Shown piece by piece: positions 47,711 through 57,479 of a stretch of 62,789 nucleotides of DNA. Each line of letters begins with the position of its first letter. Within the stretch, counting starts at the first letter, position 1. Under the pieces are notes generated by a model, which saw only the letters and a program-made list of their open reading frames with translations, searched no databases and was not told where the DNA came from. Both the position numbers and the translations under genes were made by a program. Origin of the DNA: Rhizobiaceae bacterium (GTDB lineage: Bacteria; Pseudomonadota; Alphaproteobacteria; Rhizobiales; Rhizobiaceae); NCBI GenBank assembly GCA_050178915.1, contig JBFXFO010000002.1:1-62789 (forward strand), given 5' to 3'.

Positions 47711-50158
47711 ATGATGAAGACCGTTCCAGCCAAGGCCCGCGTGGTGATCGTCGGGGGTGGCGTGTCAGGCTGCTCTGTGGCCTATCACCTCGCAAAGCTC
47801 GGCTGGACCGACATCGTGTTGCTGGAGCGCAAGCAGCTCACCTGCGGCACCACCTGGCACGCGGCGGGGCTGGTCGGGCAGCTGCGCGGCTCCAAGAACA
47901 TGACGCGGCTGGCGAAGTATTCGGCCGACCTCTACGTCAAGCTGGAGGCCGAGACCGGCGTCGCCACCGGCATGCGCACCACCGGTTCGATCAGCGTCGC
48001 GCTCACCGAGGAACGCAAGCACGAGCTCTACCGGCAGGCCACGGTGGCGCGCGCCTTCAATGTCGACGTGCGTGAAATCTCGCCCACCGAAGTGAAGCAG
48101 ATGTATCCGCACCTGAACGTTTCGGACGTGGTCGGCGCCGTGGCGCTGCCGCTTGACGGCCAGTGCGATCCTGCCAACATCGCGATGGCGCTGGCGAAAG
48201 GTGCGCGCATGCGCGGCGCGCAGATTTTCGAGAACACGAAAGTCGCTGCCGTGCAGGCGAAGAGTGGCCGCGTCGCCGGCGTCGCCTATGAGCAGGACGG
48301 CGTGCCGGGCACCATCGAAGCCGAGATGGTTGTGAACTGCGCCGGCATGTGGGCACGCGACCTTGCCGGCAAGTCGGGCGTCACGGTGCCGCTGCATGCC
48401 TGCGAGCATTTCTACCTGATCACCGAGCCCATTCCCGGTCTTGAGCGGCTGCCGGTGCTGCGCGTGCCCGACGAGTGCGCCTACTACAAGGAAGACGCCG
48501 GCAAGATGATGCTCGGCGCCTTCGAGCCGGTCGCCAAGCCGTGGGGCATGGACGGCATTTCGGAGAGTTTCTGCTTCGACCAGCTGCCGGAGGACATGGA
48601 CCATTTCGCGCCGATCCTCGAGATGGGCGTGAACCGCATGCCGATGCTGGAGACAGCCGGCATCCACACCTTCTTCAACGGGCCGGAAAGTTTCACGCCC
48701 GACGACCGCTACTATCTCGGCGAGGCGCCGGAACTGGCGGGCTACTGGATGGCGACCGGCTACAATTCGATCGGCATCGTTTCGTCGGGCGGCGCCGGCA
48801 TGGCGCTGGCGCAGTGGATGAACGATGGCGAGCCGCCATTCGACCTGTGGGAGGTCGATATCCGCCGCGCGCAGCCCTTCCAGAAGAACCGGCGCTACCT
48901 GAAAGAGCGCGTGAGCGAGACGCTCGGGCTGCTTTATGCAGACCATTTTCCCTACCGCCAGATGGCGACCGCGCGCGGTGTCCGACGCTCGCCCTTGCAC
49001 GAGCACCTGAAGGCGCGCGGCGCCGTGTTCGGGGAGGTTGCCGGCTGGGAGCGTGCCAACTGGTTCGCCCGCGAAGGGCAGGAGCCTGAGTACAAATATT
49101 CCTGGTGGCGGCAGAACTGGTTCGACAACCAGCGTGACGAGCATCTGGCCGTCCGCAACGGCGTCGGCCTGTTCGACATGACGTCGTTCGGCAAGATTCG
49201 TGTCGAAGGTCGCGACGCGCTCAAATTCCTGCAGCGCGTCTGCGCCAACGACATGGATGTCGCGACCGGCAGGATCGTCTACACGCAGATGCTGAACGAG
49301 CGCGGCGGCATCGAGAGCGACCTGACGGCCACGCGCCTGTCGGAGACGGCGTTCTTCCTCGTGGTGCCGGGGGCGACCCTGCAGCGCGACCTCGCCTGGC
49401 TGCGCAGGCACGTCGCCGACGATTTCGCCGTCATCACCGATGTCACGGCGGCGGAAAGCGTGCTCTGCATCATGGGTCCGAAGTCGCGTGACCTGATGCG
49501 CCGCGTGAGCCCCAACGACTTATCCAACGATACCAACCCGTTCGGCACGGCGCAGGAGATCGAGGTGGGCATGGGGCTCGCCCGTGCACACCGGGTGACC
49601 TATGTCGGCGAGCTCGGCTGGGAGCTCTACGTCTCCACGGACCAGACCGCGCACGTGTTCGAGGAAATCGAGGCGGCCGGCGCAGAATTCGGCCTGAAGC
49701 TTTGCGGCCTGCACACGCTCGATTCGTGCCGCATCGAAAAGGCATTCCGCCATTTCGGCCACGACATCACCGATGAGGACCATGTGCTGGAGGCGGGCCT
49801 CGGCTTCGCCGTGCGCACGGGGAAGGGCGATTTCATCGGCCGCGACGCGGTTCTGCGCAAGAAGGAGGCTGGCCTGTCGAGCCGCATGCTGCAGTTCCGC
49901 CTGAAGGATCCGCAGCCGCTGCTGTTCCACAATGAGGCGATCGTGCGCGACGGCAAGATCGTCAACACGGTGACGTCGGGCAATTACGGCCACCATCTCG
50001 GCGGCGCCATCGGCATGGGCTACGTGCCGTCGGCGGGCGAGAGCGACGCGGATGTCCTTGCCTCGACCTACGAGATCGAGATCGCCGGCCAGCGTTTTGC
50101 CGCCGAAGCATCACTGAAGCCGATGTACGATCCGAAGGCGGAACGGGTGCGCATGTAG
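47711..50158 (+). CDS. FAD-dependent oxidoreductase with C-terminal GcvT-type folate-binding domain (dimethylglycine/sarcosine dehydrogenase family)
   Basis: MMKTVPAKARVVIVGGGVSGCSVAYHLAKLG...CGTTWHAAGLVG (DAO domain), then ...VGLFDMTSFGKIRVEGRDA...YVGELGWELY (aminomethyltransferase domain). 815 aa from ATG 47711. Confidence 0.88.
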   Translation: MMKTVPAKARVVIVGGGVSGCSVAYHLAKLGWTDIVLLERKQLTCGTTWHAAGLVGQLRGSKNMTRLAKYSADLYVKLEAETGVATGMRTTGSISVALTEERKHELYRQATVARAFNVDVREISPTEVKQMYPHLNVSDVVGAVALPLDGQCDPANIAMALAKGARMRGAQIFENTKVAAVQAKSGRVAGVAYEQDGVPGTIEAEMVVNCAGMWARDLAGKSGVTVPLHACEHFYLITEPIPGLERLPVLRVPDECAYYKEDAGKMMLGAFEPVAKPWGMDGISESFCFDQLPEDMDHFAPILEMGVNRMPMLETAGIHTFFNGPESFTPDDRYYLGEAPELAGYWMATGYNSIGIVSSGGAGMALAQWMNDGEPPFDLWEVDIRRAQPFQKNRRYLKERVSETLGLLYADHFPYRQMATARGVRRSPLHEHLKARGAVFGEVAGWERANWFAREGQEPEYKYSWWRQNWFDNQRDEHLAVRNGVGLFDMTSFGKIRVEGRDALKFLQRVCANDMDVATGRIVYTQMLNERGGIESDLTATRLSETAFFLVVPGATLQRDLAWLRRHVADDFAVITDVTAAESVLCIMGPKSRDLMRRVSPNDLSNDTNPFGTAQEIEVGMGLARAHRVTYVGELGWELYVSTDQTAHVFEEIEAAGAEFGLKLCGLHTLDSCRIEKAFRHFGHDITDEDHVLEAGLGFAVRTGKGDFIGRDAVLRKKEAGLSSRMLQFRLKDPQPLLFHNEAIVRDGKIVNTVTSGNYGHHLGGAIGMGYVPSAGESDADVLASTYEIEIAGQRFAAEASLKPMYDPKAERVRM

Positions 50159-50173
50159 GGAGCCGGCGCGTCG

Positions 50174-50815
50174 ATGATCCTGCACAACTATTTTCGCAGC
50201 TCGACATCCACGCGCGTGCGCGCTGCGCTCAATCTCAAGCGTATTTCCTACGACTACGTGCCCTACCACCTGCGCAAGGGCGAGCAGCGCGGCGACGGCT
50301 ACCTCGCCGTCAACCCGCAGGGGCTGGTGCCGGCCCTCGAGCTCGACGATGGCACGGTGCTGACGCAGTCGCTGGCGATCATCGAGTATCTCGAGGAAGT
50401 GCTGCCGGAACCGGCGATGCTGCCCGCCGCTCCGCTCGACCGCGCCCGCATCCGCGCGCTCGCCAACATGGTCGCCTGCGAAATTCACGCCGTGAACAAT
50501 CTGCGGGTGCTGGCGCATCTGCGCCGCCGCTTCGGTGCCACCGACGAGATCGTCGCGGAATGGTTCAGGCACTGGACCGCCGAGACCTTTACGCCAATGG
50601 AACGCATGCTGGCTGACGATCCGCGCACCGGCCGCTTTTGCCACGGCGACACGCCCGGCATGGCCGACCTCTGCATCTACGCGCAGGTTCTGAACGGGCA
50701 GCGCTTCGGCGTCGACATGGCGCCGTATCCGACGATCGCGCGCGTCGCCGAGGCCTGCGAGGCGGTGCCGGAAATTGCCGCGGCCGCGCCGTCGCGCCAG
50801 CCGGACGCAGAGTGA
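50174..50815 (+). CDS. maiA: Maleylacetoacetate isomerase / zeta-class glutathione S-transferase
   Basis: MILHNYFRSSTSTRVRAALNLKRISYDYVPYHLRKGEQRGDGYLAVNPQGLVPALELDDGTVLTQSLAIIEYLEE carries the zeta-GST SSxxxRVRIAL-type motif. Confidence 0.85.
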   Translation: MILHNYFRSSTSTRVRAALNLKRISYDYVPYHLRKGEQRGDGYLAVNPQGLVPALELDDGTVLTQSLAIIEYLEEVLPEPAMLPAAPLDRARIRALANMVACEIHAVNNLRVLAHLRRRFGATDEIVAEWFRHWTAETFTPMERMLADDPRTGRFCHGDTPGMADLCIYAQVLNGQRFGVDMAPYPTIARVAEACEAVPEIAAAAPSRQPDAE

Positions 50816-50824
50816 GCCGCGCGG

Positions 50825-51418
50825 ATGTGCAACGACTACGAGCAGCACATCGACTGGGCGGAGTATCGCAAGGCGCTGGCGCAGCTGTCGATCGGGGTCC
50901 CGGAACGGCAGTCGGCGGACGATCTGCCGCAGGCGGACGACATCAAGATCAACGACATCGGACCGGTGATGCGCGCCAGCGTGCCGGCCGAGATCGAACT
51001 GGTACCGATGCGTTTCGGATTCCCGCCGACAGGCCGCGGCGGGCCGGTGTTCAACTTTCGCTCGGAAGGACGGCGCTTCGACAAGAGCCGCCGCTGCCTC
51101 GTGCCGGCGTCGGCCTTCTTCGAGTTCACCGGCAAGAAATATCCCAAGGCGAAGCACCGCTTCAGCCTCGCGGGTGGGCCGTTCCTCGCCATCGCCGGCC
51201 TGTGGCGCGAGACGGAGGGCAAGAACACGCCAGCCTTCACCATGCTCACCACCGAGCCGGGCGATGACGTGCGGCCTTATCACGACCGGCAGGTGGCGGT
51301 CCTGCATCCGCAGGACTGGATGGCGTGGCTCGATCTGGGCAGGCCTGAGGCCGAGCTGCTGCGGCCGCTGCCTGCCGGATCGCTCGACGTCGGGACGGTG
51401 CGGCCAGGCAGCGACTAG
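50825..51418 (+). CDS. SOS response-associated peptidase (SRAP/YedK family)
   Basis: N-terminal MCN (catalytic Cys2), ...FNFRSEG...RCLVPASAFFEF...PFLAIAGLW...FTMLTTEP...HDRQVAVL. Confidence 0.85.
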   Translation: MCNDYEQHIDWAEYRKALAQLSIGVPERQSADDLPQADDIKINDIGPVMRASVPAEIELVPMRFGFPPTGRGGPVFNFRSEGRRFDKSRRCLVPASAFFEFTGKKYPKAKHRFSLAGGPFLAIAGLWRETEGKNTPAFTMLTTEPGDDVRPYHDRQVAVLHPQDWMAWLDLGRPEAELLRPLPAGSLDVGTVRPGSD

Positions 51419-51855
51419 GGCATTTCGAAGCTGATCTTCACCGAGTCGGCGCTGCGCTCGTGCGGTCCGTGATACACCGCCTCGATGTTGTTGCCGTCCG
51501 GATCGAGCAGGAAGCCGGCATAGTAGCCGGGGTGGTATTTCTTGCGCTCGCCCGGCGCACCATTGTCGGCCCCTCCATTGGCGAGGCCGGCCTTGTGGAA
51601 CGCGTCGACCATGGCGCGGTCCTTTGCCTGGAAGGCGAGGTGGACGCGGCCGGTCAGCCTGCCCTGCGCTGCCGGGCTGTCGGCGGAGGTGATCCCAAGC
51701 TCGTCGATGTAGAAGAACCCGTCCATCTCGCCGCCGATCGGGATGCCGAGCGCCTTGCCGACGGCCTCGTAGAACTTTCGGCTCGCAGCGAGGTCTTTCA
51801 CCACCAGCTGGATATGGTCGATCAGGCGTCCTCGATGCATCTCCTGCTTTGCCAT
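51415..51855 (-). CDS. VOC (glyoxalase/bleomycin-resistance/dioxygenase) family protein
   Basis: ...LIDHIQLVVKDLAASRKFYEA...HLAFQA...GYYAGFLLDPDGNNIEAV. The stop overlaps the SRAP stop (CTAG). Confidence 0.85.
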   Translation of the reverse strand: MAKQEMHRGRLIDHIQLVVKDLAASRKFYEAVGKALGIPIGGEMDGFFYIDELGITSADSPAAQGRLTGRVHLAFQAKDRAMVDAFHKAGLANGGADNGAPGERKKYHPGYYAGFLLDPDGNNIEAVYHGPHERSADSVKISFEMP

Positions 51856-51962
51856 ACTGTCCTCCTCTGTCGGCGCCTTGCTAACGTGCGTCCGATGCAG
51901 CCGTTCCGTTGTGGCGCGGCGGCTGCTGACAGGCTAGATCGACGTGACAGCGGAGAATGACG

Positions 51963-52310
51963 ATGATGACGACGCTCTACGGCTTCAAGGCCTGCGACAC
52001 GGTGCAGAAGGCGCGCAAGTGGCTGGACGCCAAGGGCGTCGCGCACCGCTTTTTCGACTATCGCGTCGAGACGCTCGATCCGAAGGTGGTGGACGACTGG
52101 TTCGCCCGCGCCGGCTGGGAGAGCGTGTTCAACAAGGGCAGCACCAGCTTCAAGGAGCTGTCCGCGGCCGACAGGGCCGGCCTCGACGCCGAAAAGGCGA
52201 GGGCGCTCATCGCGTCCAACACCAACTTCATCAAGCGCCCGGTCCTCGACACCGGCAAGGCGCTGCGTTTCGGCTTCAAGCCGGCCGCATACGAGGAGCT
52301 GCTGGGCTGA
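51963..52310 (+). CDS. ArsC/Spx/YffB family protein (glutaredoxin-like fold)
   Basis: TLYGFKACDTVQKARKWLDAKGVAHRFFDYR...NKGSTSFKEL...IKRPVL. Start is one of ATG 51957, 51963 or 51966, with GGAG at 51952. Confidence 0.8.
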   Translation: MMTTLYGFKACDTVQKARKWLDAKGVAHRFFDYRVETLDPKVVDDWFARAGWESVFNKGSTSFKELSAADRAGLDAEKARALIASNTNFIKRPVLDTGKALRFGFKPAAYEELLG

Positions 52311-52320
52311 GCGGGAGCGG

Positions 52321-53580
52321 CTAGGCCGCCCGCGCCCACTCTCCGGCACGCATGACGGCAGCGCGGCTGCCGTCCTTGCGAACGCCGTCGATGTCGATCT
52401 GGCCCGAGCCGATCATCCAGTCGATGTGGATGAAGCTCTTGTTGCCGCCGCGCTCCGCCACCTGCTCGGGCGTCAGCGAGGCGCCGTCAACGAAACACTT
52501 CGAGTAGCACTGGCCGAGCGCGATGTGGCAGGCGGCGTTCTCGTCGAACAGCGTGTTGTAGAAGAGCAGCCCGCTCTTCGATATCGGCGAGGAATGCGGC
52601 ACCAGCGCCACTTCGCCGAGCCGGCGCGCGCCCTCGTCGGTGTCGAGCACCTTGTTCAGCACGGCCTCGCCCTTCGCCGCCTTCGCCTCGACGATGCGGC
52701 CGCCCTCGAAGCGCACCTGGATCTGGTCGATCAGCGTGCCCTGGTGCGACAGCGGCTTGGTGCTGCTTGCTGTGCCCTCGACGCGCAACGCGTGCGGGGT
52801 GGTAAACACCTCCTCGGTCGGAATGTTGGGATTGCAGATGATGCCGTTCTTGGCCGGCGAGGCACCGCCCACCCACTCGTGACCGTCGGCCAGGCCGACC
52901 GTCAGGTCGGTGCCCGGACCCTGGAAATGCAGCGCGTGGAAATTCTCGGCGTTGAGCCAGTCGGTGCGCGCGGCGAGCGACGCATTGTGCGCCTCCCAGG
53001 CAGCGACGGGGTCGGCCTGGTCGACGCGCGAGGCCGCGAAGATCGCATCCGCCAGCTTCGCCACCGCGACGTCCTCGTCCTCGCCGGGGAAGACGAGCTT
53101 CGCCCAGGACGGGTTGGGATAGGAGACGATGTTCCAGTTGATGTCGAAGCCTGCGATCTTCTCCAGCGCCGGCTGGTAGGCGATCGAGTTCGCCTTGTTG
53201 GCGCGCGCCACCTTGGTCGGGTCTTCGCCCGACAGCAGCATCGGATTGTCGCCAGCGATCGCCAGCCGAGCCGCATTGTTGGAGAAAGCCTCCGCCATGC
53301 CCTTGTAGAGCCAGCCCGACGCGCGGTCGAAGCTGTCGTCATTGGCGTTGCGGTAGCGCGCCAGCGTGATCTCCTCGTCGGCGAAGAACGGCGTCACCAG
53401 TCCGGCGCCGGCCTTGTAGGCGTGCGCCGCGATGCGGCGCACCAGCGGCAGCGCCACCACCGGCGCGGTCAGCACGAGGTCCTGGCCGGGCTGCAGCCTG
53501 AGCCCGACCTTGACCGCCACCTCGGCCAGCTTGTCGAGCTTGGCGGGATCGATGGAAGGGCTGTTCGACGGGTAACTCAT
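52321..53580 (-). CDS. Aminopeptidase, M29 family (AmpS/PepS-like)
   Basis: MSYPSNSPSIDPAKLDKLAEVAVKVGLRLQPGQDLVL...NIPTEEVFT...FDENAACHIALG...HIDWMIG. Start at the internal ATG 53580 of ORF 52321..53958. Confidence 0.88.
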   Translation of the reverse strand: MSYPSNSPSIDPAKLDKLAEVAVKVGLRLQPGQDLVLTAPVVALPLVRRIAAHAYKAGAGLVTPFFADEEITLARYRNANDDSFDRASGWLYKGMAEAFSNNAARLAIAGDNPMLLSGEDPTKVARANKANSIAYQPALEKIAGFDINWNIVSYPNPSWAKLVFPGEDEDVAVAKLADAIFAASRVDQADPVAAWEAHNASLAARTDWLNAENFHALHFQGPGTDLTVGLADGHEWVGGASPAKNGIICNPNIPTEEVFTTPHALRVEGTASSTKPLSHQGTLIDQIQVRFEGGRIVEAKAAKGEAVLNKVLDTDEGARRLGEVALVPHSSPISKSGLLFYNTLFDENAACHIALGQCYSKCFVDGASLTPEQVAERGGNKSFIHIDWMIGSGQIDIDGVRKDGSRAAVMRAGEWARAA

Positions 53581-53720
53581 GGGCGGCTGGGTCCTGCTCA
53601 GGGAATGGATCGCCTCGACAGATAGGGCCTTGGCGTCGCGAGCGCTACCCGCTGCCTGTGCCGGTCGGCGCATGGTGCTGGCTGATTGCCGAGGCGGTGC
53701 CGCCCCTCTAGGTCGCGGCG

Positions 53721-54881
53721 ATGCGTTTCGATTCCACCCTGCGCGCCGCATTCGGCGGCGCCATCGCGATGGCCGTTGCGATGGGCATCGGCCGGTTCGT
53801 CTACACGCCGCTGCTGCCCGCGATGATGCAGGAAATCCCGCTCGGCGCGTCCGCCGCCGGCATCGTCGCCTCGGCCAACTTCCTCGGCTATCTCGTCGGT
53901 GCACTGGCGGCGGCGGGCGGCTGGGCGCAGGGGCGCGAGCTTGCCATCCTGCGCGCATCGCTGATCGCCAACGTCCTGCTGCTGGCGGCGATGGGCCTGA
54001 CCGACAGCGTCGCGCTCTTCGTGCTCTTGCGTTTCGTCGCCGGTGTGGTGAGCGCCTTCGTCATCATCTTCGTCTCGGCGGTCCTGTTCGCCCGCATTAC
54101 CGCGACCGGCCGCACCGAACTCCACGGATTCCAGTTCCTCGGCGTCGGCTTCGGCATCGCCATCTCGGCGGTGATGACGGGCGCGCTGTTTGTCGGCGGC
54201 GCGCCCTGGCAGGACGGCTGGTACGTGTCGGCCGCCCTTGCGCTCGCCGGGCTCGTCGCCGCTTGGCTGCTCATCGAACGCGGACCCGCGCCGAATGCTC
54301 CGCCGGCGCCGGAACCCCGCCTGCCGCCGAGCCCGGAATTGCGGCGCGTCATCATCTCCTATGGCCTGTTCGGCTTCGGATATGTCGTCACCGCCACCTT
54401 CATCACGGCAATCATCCGCGCCGAGGGCGGCGGGCGCCTGCTGGAGACTGCCGCGTGGCTGATCGCCGGGCTGGCCGTCATCCCGTCCGTGCACGGGTTG
54501 AGCGCGATTGCGCGGCGATACGGGCCGGTGCGCGCCTATGTGCTCGGGTTCCTGGTGCAGGCGGCCGGCGTGATCGCCAGCGTCGTGCTTCCGGGCGCTG
54601 CAGGCCCGCTCCTCGGCGCAGCGCTGCTCGGCGCCACCATGGTGTCGCTGACGGTCGTCGGCATTCCGCTCGGAAGGCTGTTCGCCCCGCTGGCGCCGCG
54701 CCGCTGCTTTGCGTTGATGACCGCGGCCTTCGGCGTTGGCCAGATCGTCGGGCCGGTGGTCGCCGGCTACCTGGCGGAGTGGACCGGCAGCTTCCTGCTG
54801 CCGTCCCTGCTTGCCGCGCTCACGCTGTTCGCCGCCGCTGCGATTGTATGGACAGTCGATACGTCGCCAAAATCGCCATGA
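53721..54881 (+). CDS. MFS transporter, YbfB/YjiJ family
   Basis: MRFDSTLRAAFGGAIAMAVAMGIGRFVYTPLLPAMM... This N-terminal motif is typical of the YbfB family. The protein is highly hydrophobic, with about 12 TM segments. Confidence 0.8.
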   Translation: MRFDSTLRAAFGGAIAMAVAMGIGRFVYTPLLPAMMQEIPLGASAAGIVASANFLGYLVGALAAAGGWAQGRELAILRASLIANVLLLAAMGLTDSVALFVLLRFVAGVVSAFVIIFVSAVLFARITATGRTELHGFQFLGVGFGIAISAVMTGALFVGGAPWQDGWYVSAALALAGLVAAWLLIERGPAPNAPPAPEPRLPPSPELRRVIISYGLFGFGYVVTATFITAIIRAEGGGRLLETAAWLIAGLAVIPSVHGLSAIARRYGPVRAYVLGFLVQAAGVIASVVLPGAAGPLLGAALLGATMVSLTVVGIPLGRLFAPLAPRRCFALMTAAFGVGQIVGPVVAGYLAEWTGSFLLPSLLAALTLFAAAAIVWTVDTSPKSP

Positions 54882-54999
54882 TCCGGTCGCGATAGGAAAA
54901 CTTCGCGGCCGAGCCATCGTTTCCTTTGCCGGCGACTTGTGACTTTATGCGCCCAACTCGGTCGCGGAGACGCGGCCTGCGCCGAAAGGAATTGCCGAC

Positions 55000-56274
55000 G
55001 TGTTCGTTTCCTTCTTCCCGCAACCCCGGCTGTTCTTCGCGTCGGCTGTGCTGTGGAGCGTTGCGCTCATCCTGTTCTGGTTCTTCGAGGGACAGGACCT
55101 CGGCGCTGTGTTCGGCATGCCGCCGGCCGCTGACGACGCAGCGCCGATCATCGGGGTGCAGGTCTTCTGGTCGCTGCCGTTCATCTGGTTCTACATCTAT
55201 TTCGTGGTGGGCGTGGCGCTGTTCTATCTGTTCTGGCGCATCTACGCCCCGCATCCCTGGCAGAACTGGTCCATCCTCGGTTCCGCGCTGATACTGTTCG
55301 CCACCTACTTCCAGGTGCAGGTCTCGGTCGCCATCAACGACTGGTACGGTCCCTTCTACGATCTCATCCAGGCGGCACTCGCCAAGTCGCGTCCGGTCAC
55401 GCTCGAGGAGTTCTACGGCTTTCTGCTCAGCTTCGCCGGCATCGCCTTCGTCGCGGTCGCGGTGGCGGTGCTCACGCGCTTCTTCGTCAGCCACTACGTC
55501 TTCCGCTGGCGCACCGCGATGAACGGCTACTACGTGGCCAACTGGCCGCGCCTGCGCCACATCGAGGGCGCGTCGCAGCGCGTGCAGGACGACACGATGC
55601 GCTTCGCCACCATCAGCGAGGACCTCGGCGTCAAGCTGATCGATTCGGTGATGACGCTGATCGCGTTCCTGCCGGTGCTCCTGCGCCTGTCCGCCGACGT
55701 CACCGAAGTGCCGATCTTCGGCGAGATTCCCTACACGCTCGTGGTCGTCGGCCTCGCCTGGTCGCTGTTCGGAACGCTGTTTCTGGCGCTTGTCGGTATC
55801 AAGCTGCCGGGCCTGCAGTTCCGCAACCAGCGCGTCGAGGCGGCGTACCGCAAGGAACTCGTCTATGGCGAGGACGATGAGACGCGGGCGCAGCCGCCGA
55901 CGCTGGCGGAACTGTTCTCCAATGTGCGGCGCAACTACTTCCGCCTCTATTTCCACTACATGTATTTCAACGTCGCGCGCATCTTCTACATCCAGACGGA
56001 CAACATCTTTCCCTATATCGTGCTCGCGCCCACCATCGTGGCCGGCAAGATCACGCTGGGAGCCATGAACCAGATCCTGAACGCGTTCGAGCAGGTGCGC
56101 TCATCGCTGCAGTATCTCGTGAATTCGTGGACGACGATCGTCGAGCTGCAGTCCATCTACAAGCGCCTGCGCGCCTTCGAGGCGACCATCCATGGCGAGA
56201 AGCTGCCCGACATCGACGAACGTTATCTCGAGCGTGAGAAGGCGGGTGTCGCGCCGGAGGATCAGCCGGCCTGA
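55000..56274 (+). CDS. bacA: SbmA/BacA-family peptide (antimicrobial peptide) uptake transporter
   Basis: ...[13 protein letters not shown]...[42 protein letters not shown]...[19 protein letters not shown]...[10 protein letters not shown] are characteristic SbmA_BacA blocks. GTG start 55000 with an AAGGA RBS. Confidence 0.88.
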   Translation: MFVSFFPQPRLFFASAVLWSVALILFWFFEGQDLGAVFGMPPAADDAAPIIGVQVFWSLPFIWFYIYFVVGVALFYLFWRIYAPHPWQNWSILGSALILFATYFQVQVSVAINDWYGPFYDLIQAALAKSRPVTLEEFYGFLLSFAGIAFVAVAVAVLTRFFVSHYVFRWRTAMNGYYVANWPRLRHIEGASQRVQDDTMRFATISEDLGVKLIDSVMTLIAFLPVLLRLSADVTEVPIFGEIPYTLVVVGLAWSLFGTLFLALVGIKLPGLQFRNQRVEAAYRKELVYGEDDETRAQPPTLAELFSNVRRNYFRLYFHYMYFNVARIFYIQTDNIFPYIVLAPTIVAGKITLGAMNQILNAFEQVRSSLQYLVNSWTTIVELQSIYKRLRAFEATIHGEKLPDIDERYLEREKAGVAPEDQPA

Positions 56275-56282
56275 CGGGGAGC

Positions 56283-57293
56283 CTACCCGCCGACGCCGGC
56301 AGTGACCGGCGCGGCGATGCCTTCGCGCTTCAGGTAGTCGGCATAGCTTGTGCAGACCACGCCAGGCTTGACGCAGGCCTCGCCGGCGAAGCGCTCCAGC
56401 GCGCGCCAGTAGGCGCCGTGGTTCATCAGGGTGAAGTGGAAGCCCACTTCGAGCGGGATGCGCTCGCCGCGATACTGCTTGTCGAACGCGGCCTTGAACG
56501 CATCGACGCTGCGCTGCTCGAACACGCCCTCGGCGTCCGACTGCTCGAAGCCGCCCGAGTGGCGGACGAAGAGATTGTAGTCCATCGCGATGACGCGCCG
56601 GTTCTTGGGCCCTTCGGGGATTTGCGGCAGCGCAAAGCGCACGACGCCACCTTCGTCCGAGGGCATGGCCGGGCCGCGCGAAACGCCGCTGGCGTCATAG
56701 GCAAAGCCCTCTTCGGCCAGCGCTTCATAGAGCCCGTCACCAGTGGAAAGGTAGGGCGCGCGAAATCCACGGATGCCGTGCGCGGCGAAGTCGCGCCAGC
56801 CCTCCGGCTCGCCGGCGAAGGCGTGCCGCTCGTAGGCGGTTGCCAGCAGGGTCTTGAAGCTGTCGAACTCCTGCACCCAGTCCGATTTCGTCCAGTCCTT
56901 GCCGTCATAGTGACCACAACCGTGGCTGGCGATGTCGTGGCCTTCCCCCCGCGCCGCCCAGATTTCGGCGAGCCTCGGCTCGATCTCAGCCGCGTTGTGG
57001 GCAAAGCCGATGTTGGACCTGCCGGGCTTGTGGCCGGGCGCGGTATAAATCTTCTTTTCCTCCGGCGCGACGAGATACACGCAGGAGAGAAAGTAGGTGA
57101 ATTTCGCGCCCGCGCGCGCGGCGAGCGCTCGGCTGCGTTCCCATTGGGCGACGGGTCCGGCACCGTCGAAGGAAATGATGACGTATTGCGTGCGCGGCGG
57201 CTTCGCCGGCTCCTCCGTATCCTGCGCCATCGCGGGCGAGGCGAGCAGGGTCGAGGCAAGCAGGACGCAACGGGTACGCTTCGGCAACAACAT
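56283..57293 (-). CDS. Secreted polysaccharide deacetylase (CE4-like) family protein
   Basis: Signal peptide MLLPKRTRCVLLASTLLASPAMA, then ...VIISFDGAGP...FTYFLS...GHDIASHGCGHYDG... Confidence 0.8.
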   Translation of the reverse strand: MLLPKRTRCVLLASTLLASPAMAQDTEEPAKPPRTQYVIISFDGAGPVAQWERSRALAARAGAKFTYFLSCVYLVAPEEKKIYTAPGHKPGRSNIGFAHNAAEIEPRLAEIWAARGEGHDIASHGCGHYDGKDWTKSDWVQEFDSFKTLLATAYERHAFAGEPEGWRDFAAHGIRGFRAPYLSTGDGLYEALAEEGFAYDASGVSRGPAMPSDEGGVVRFALPQIPEGPKNRRVIAMDYNLFVRHSGGFEQSDAEGVFEQRSVDAFKAAFDKQYRGERIPLEVGFHFTLMNHGAYWRALERFAGEACVKPGVVCTSYADYLKREGIAAPVTAGVGG

Positions 57294-57479
57294 CGGCCTC
57301 GAACTACAGCGGAATTCCGGACGAGGCGTTAATGCGCCGAAATGTGGCGGTCATGCGGTCGCAGGCGTACCAGAAGCCGGCTGATTGCCGTTCGGCCCCT
57401 TCCCAGCCGACAAAATTCCGCTAAAAGGGCGGCTCATCAAGGCGAACCCCAACGGCGACGCCCGGAGATTAGTGCTTTC

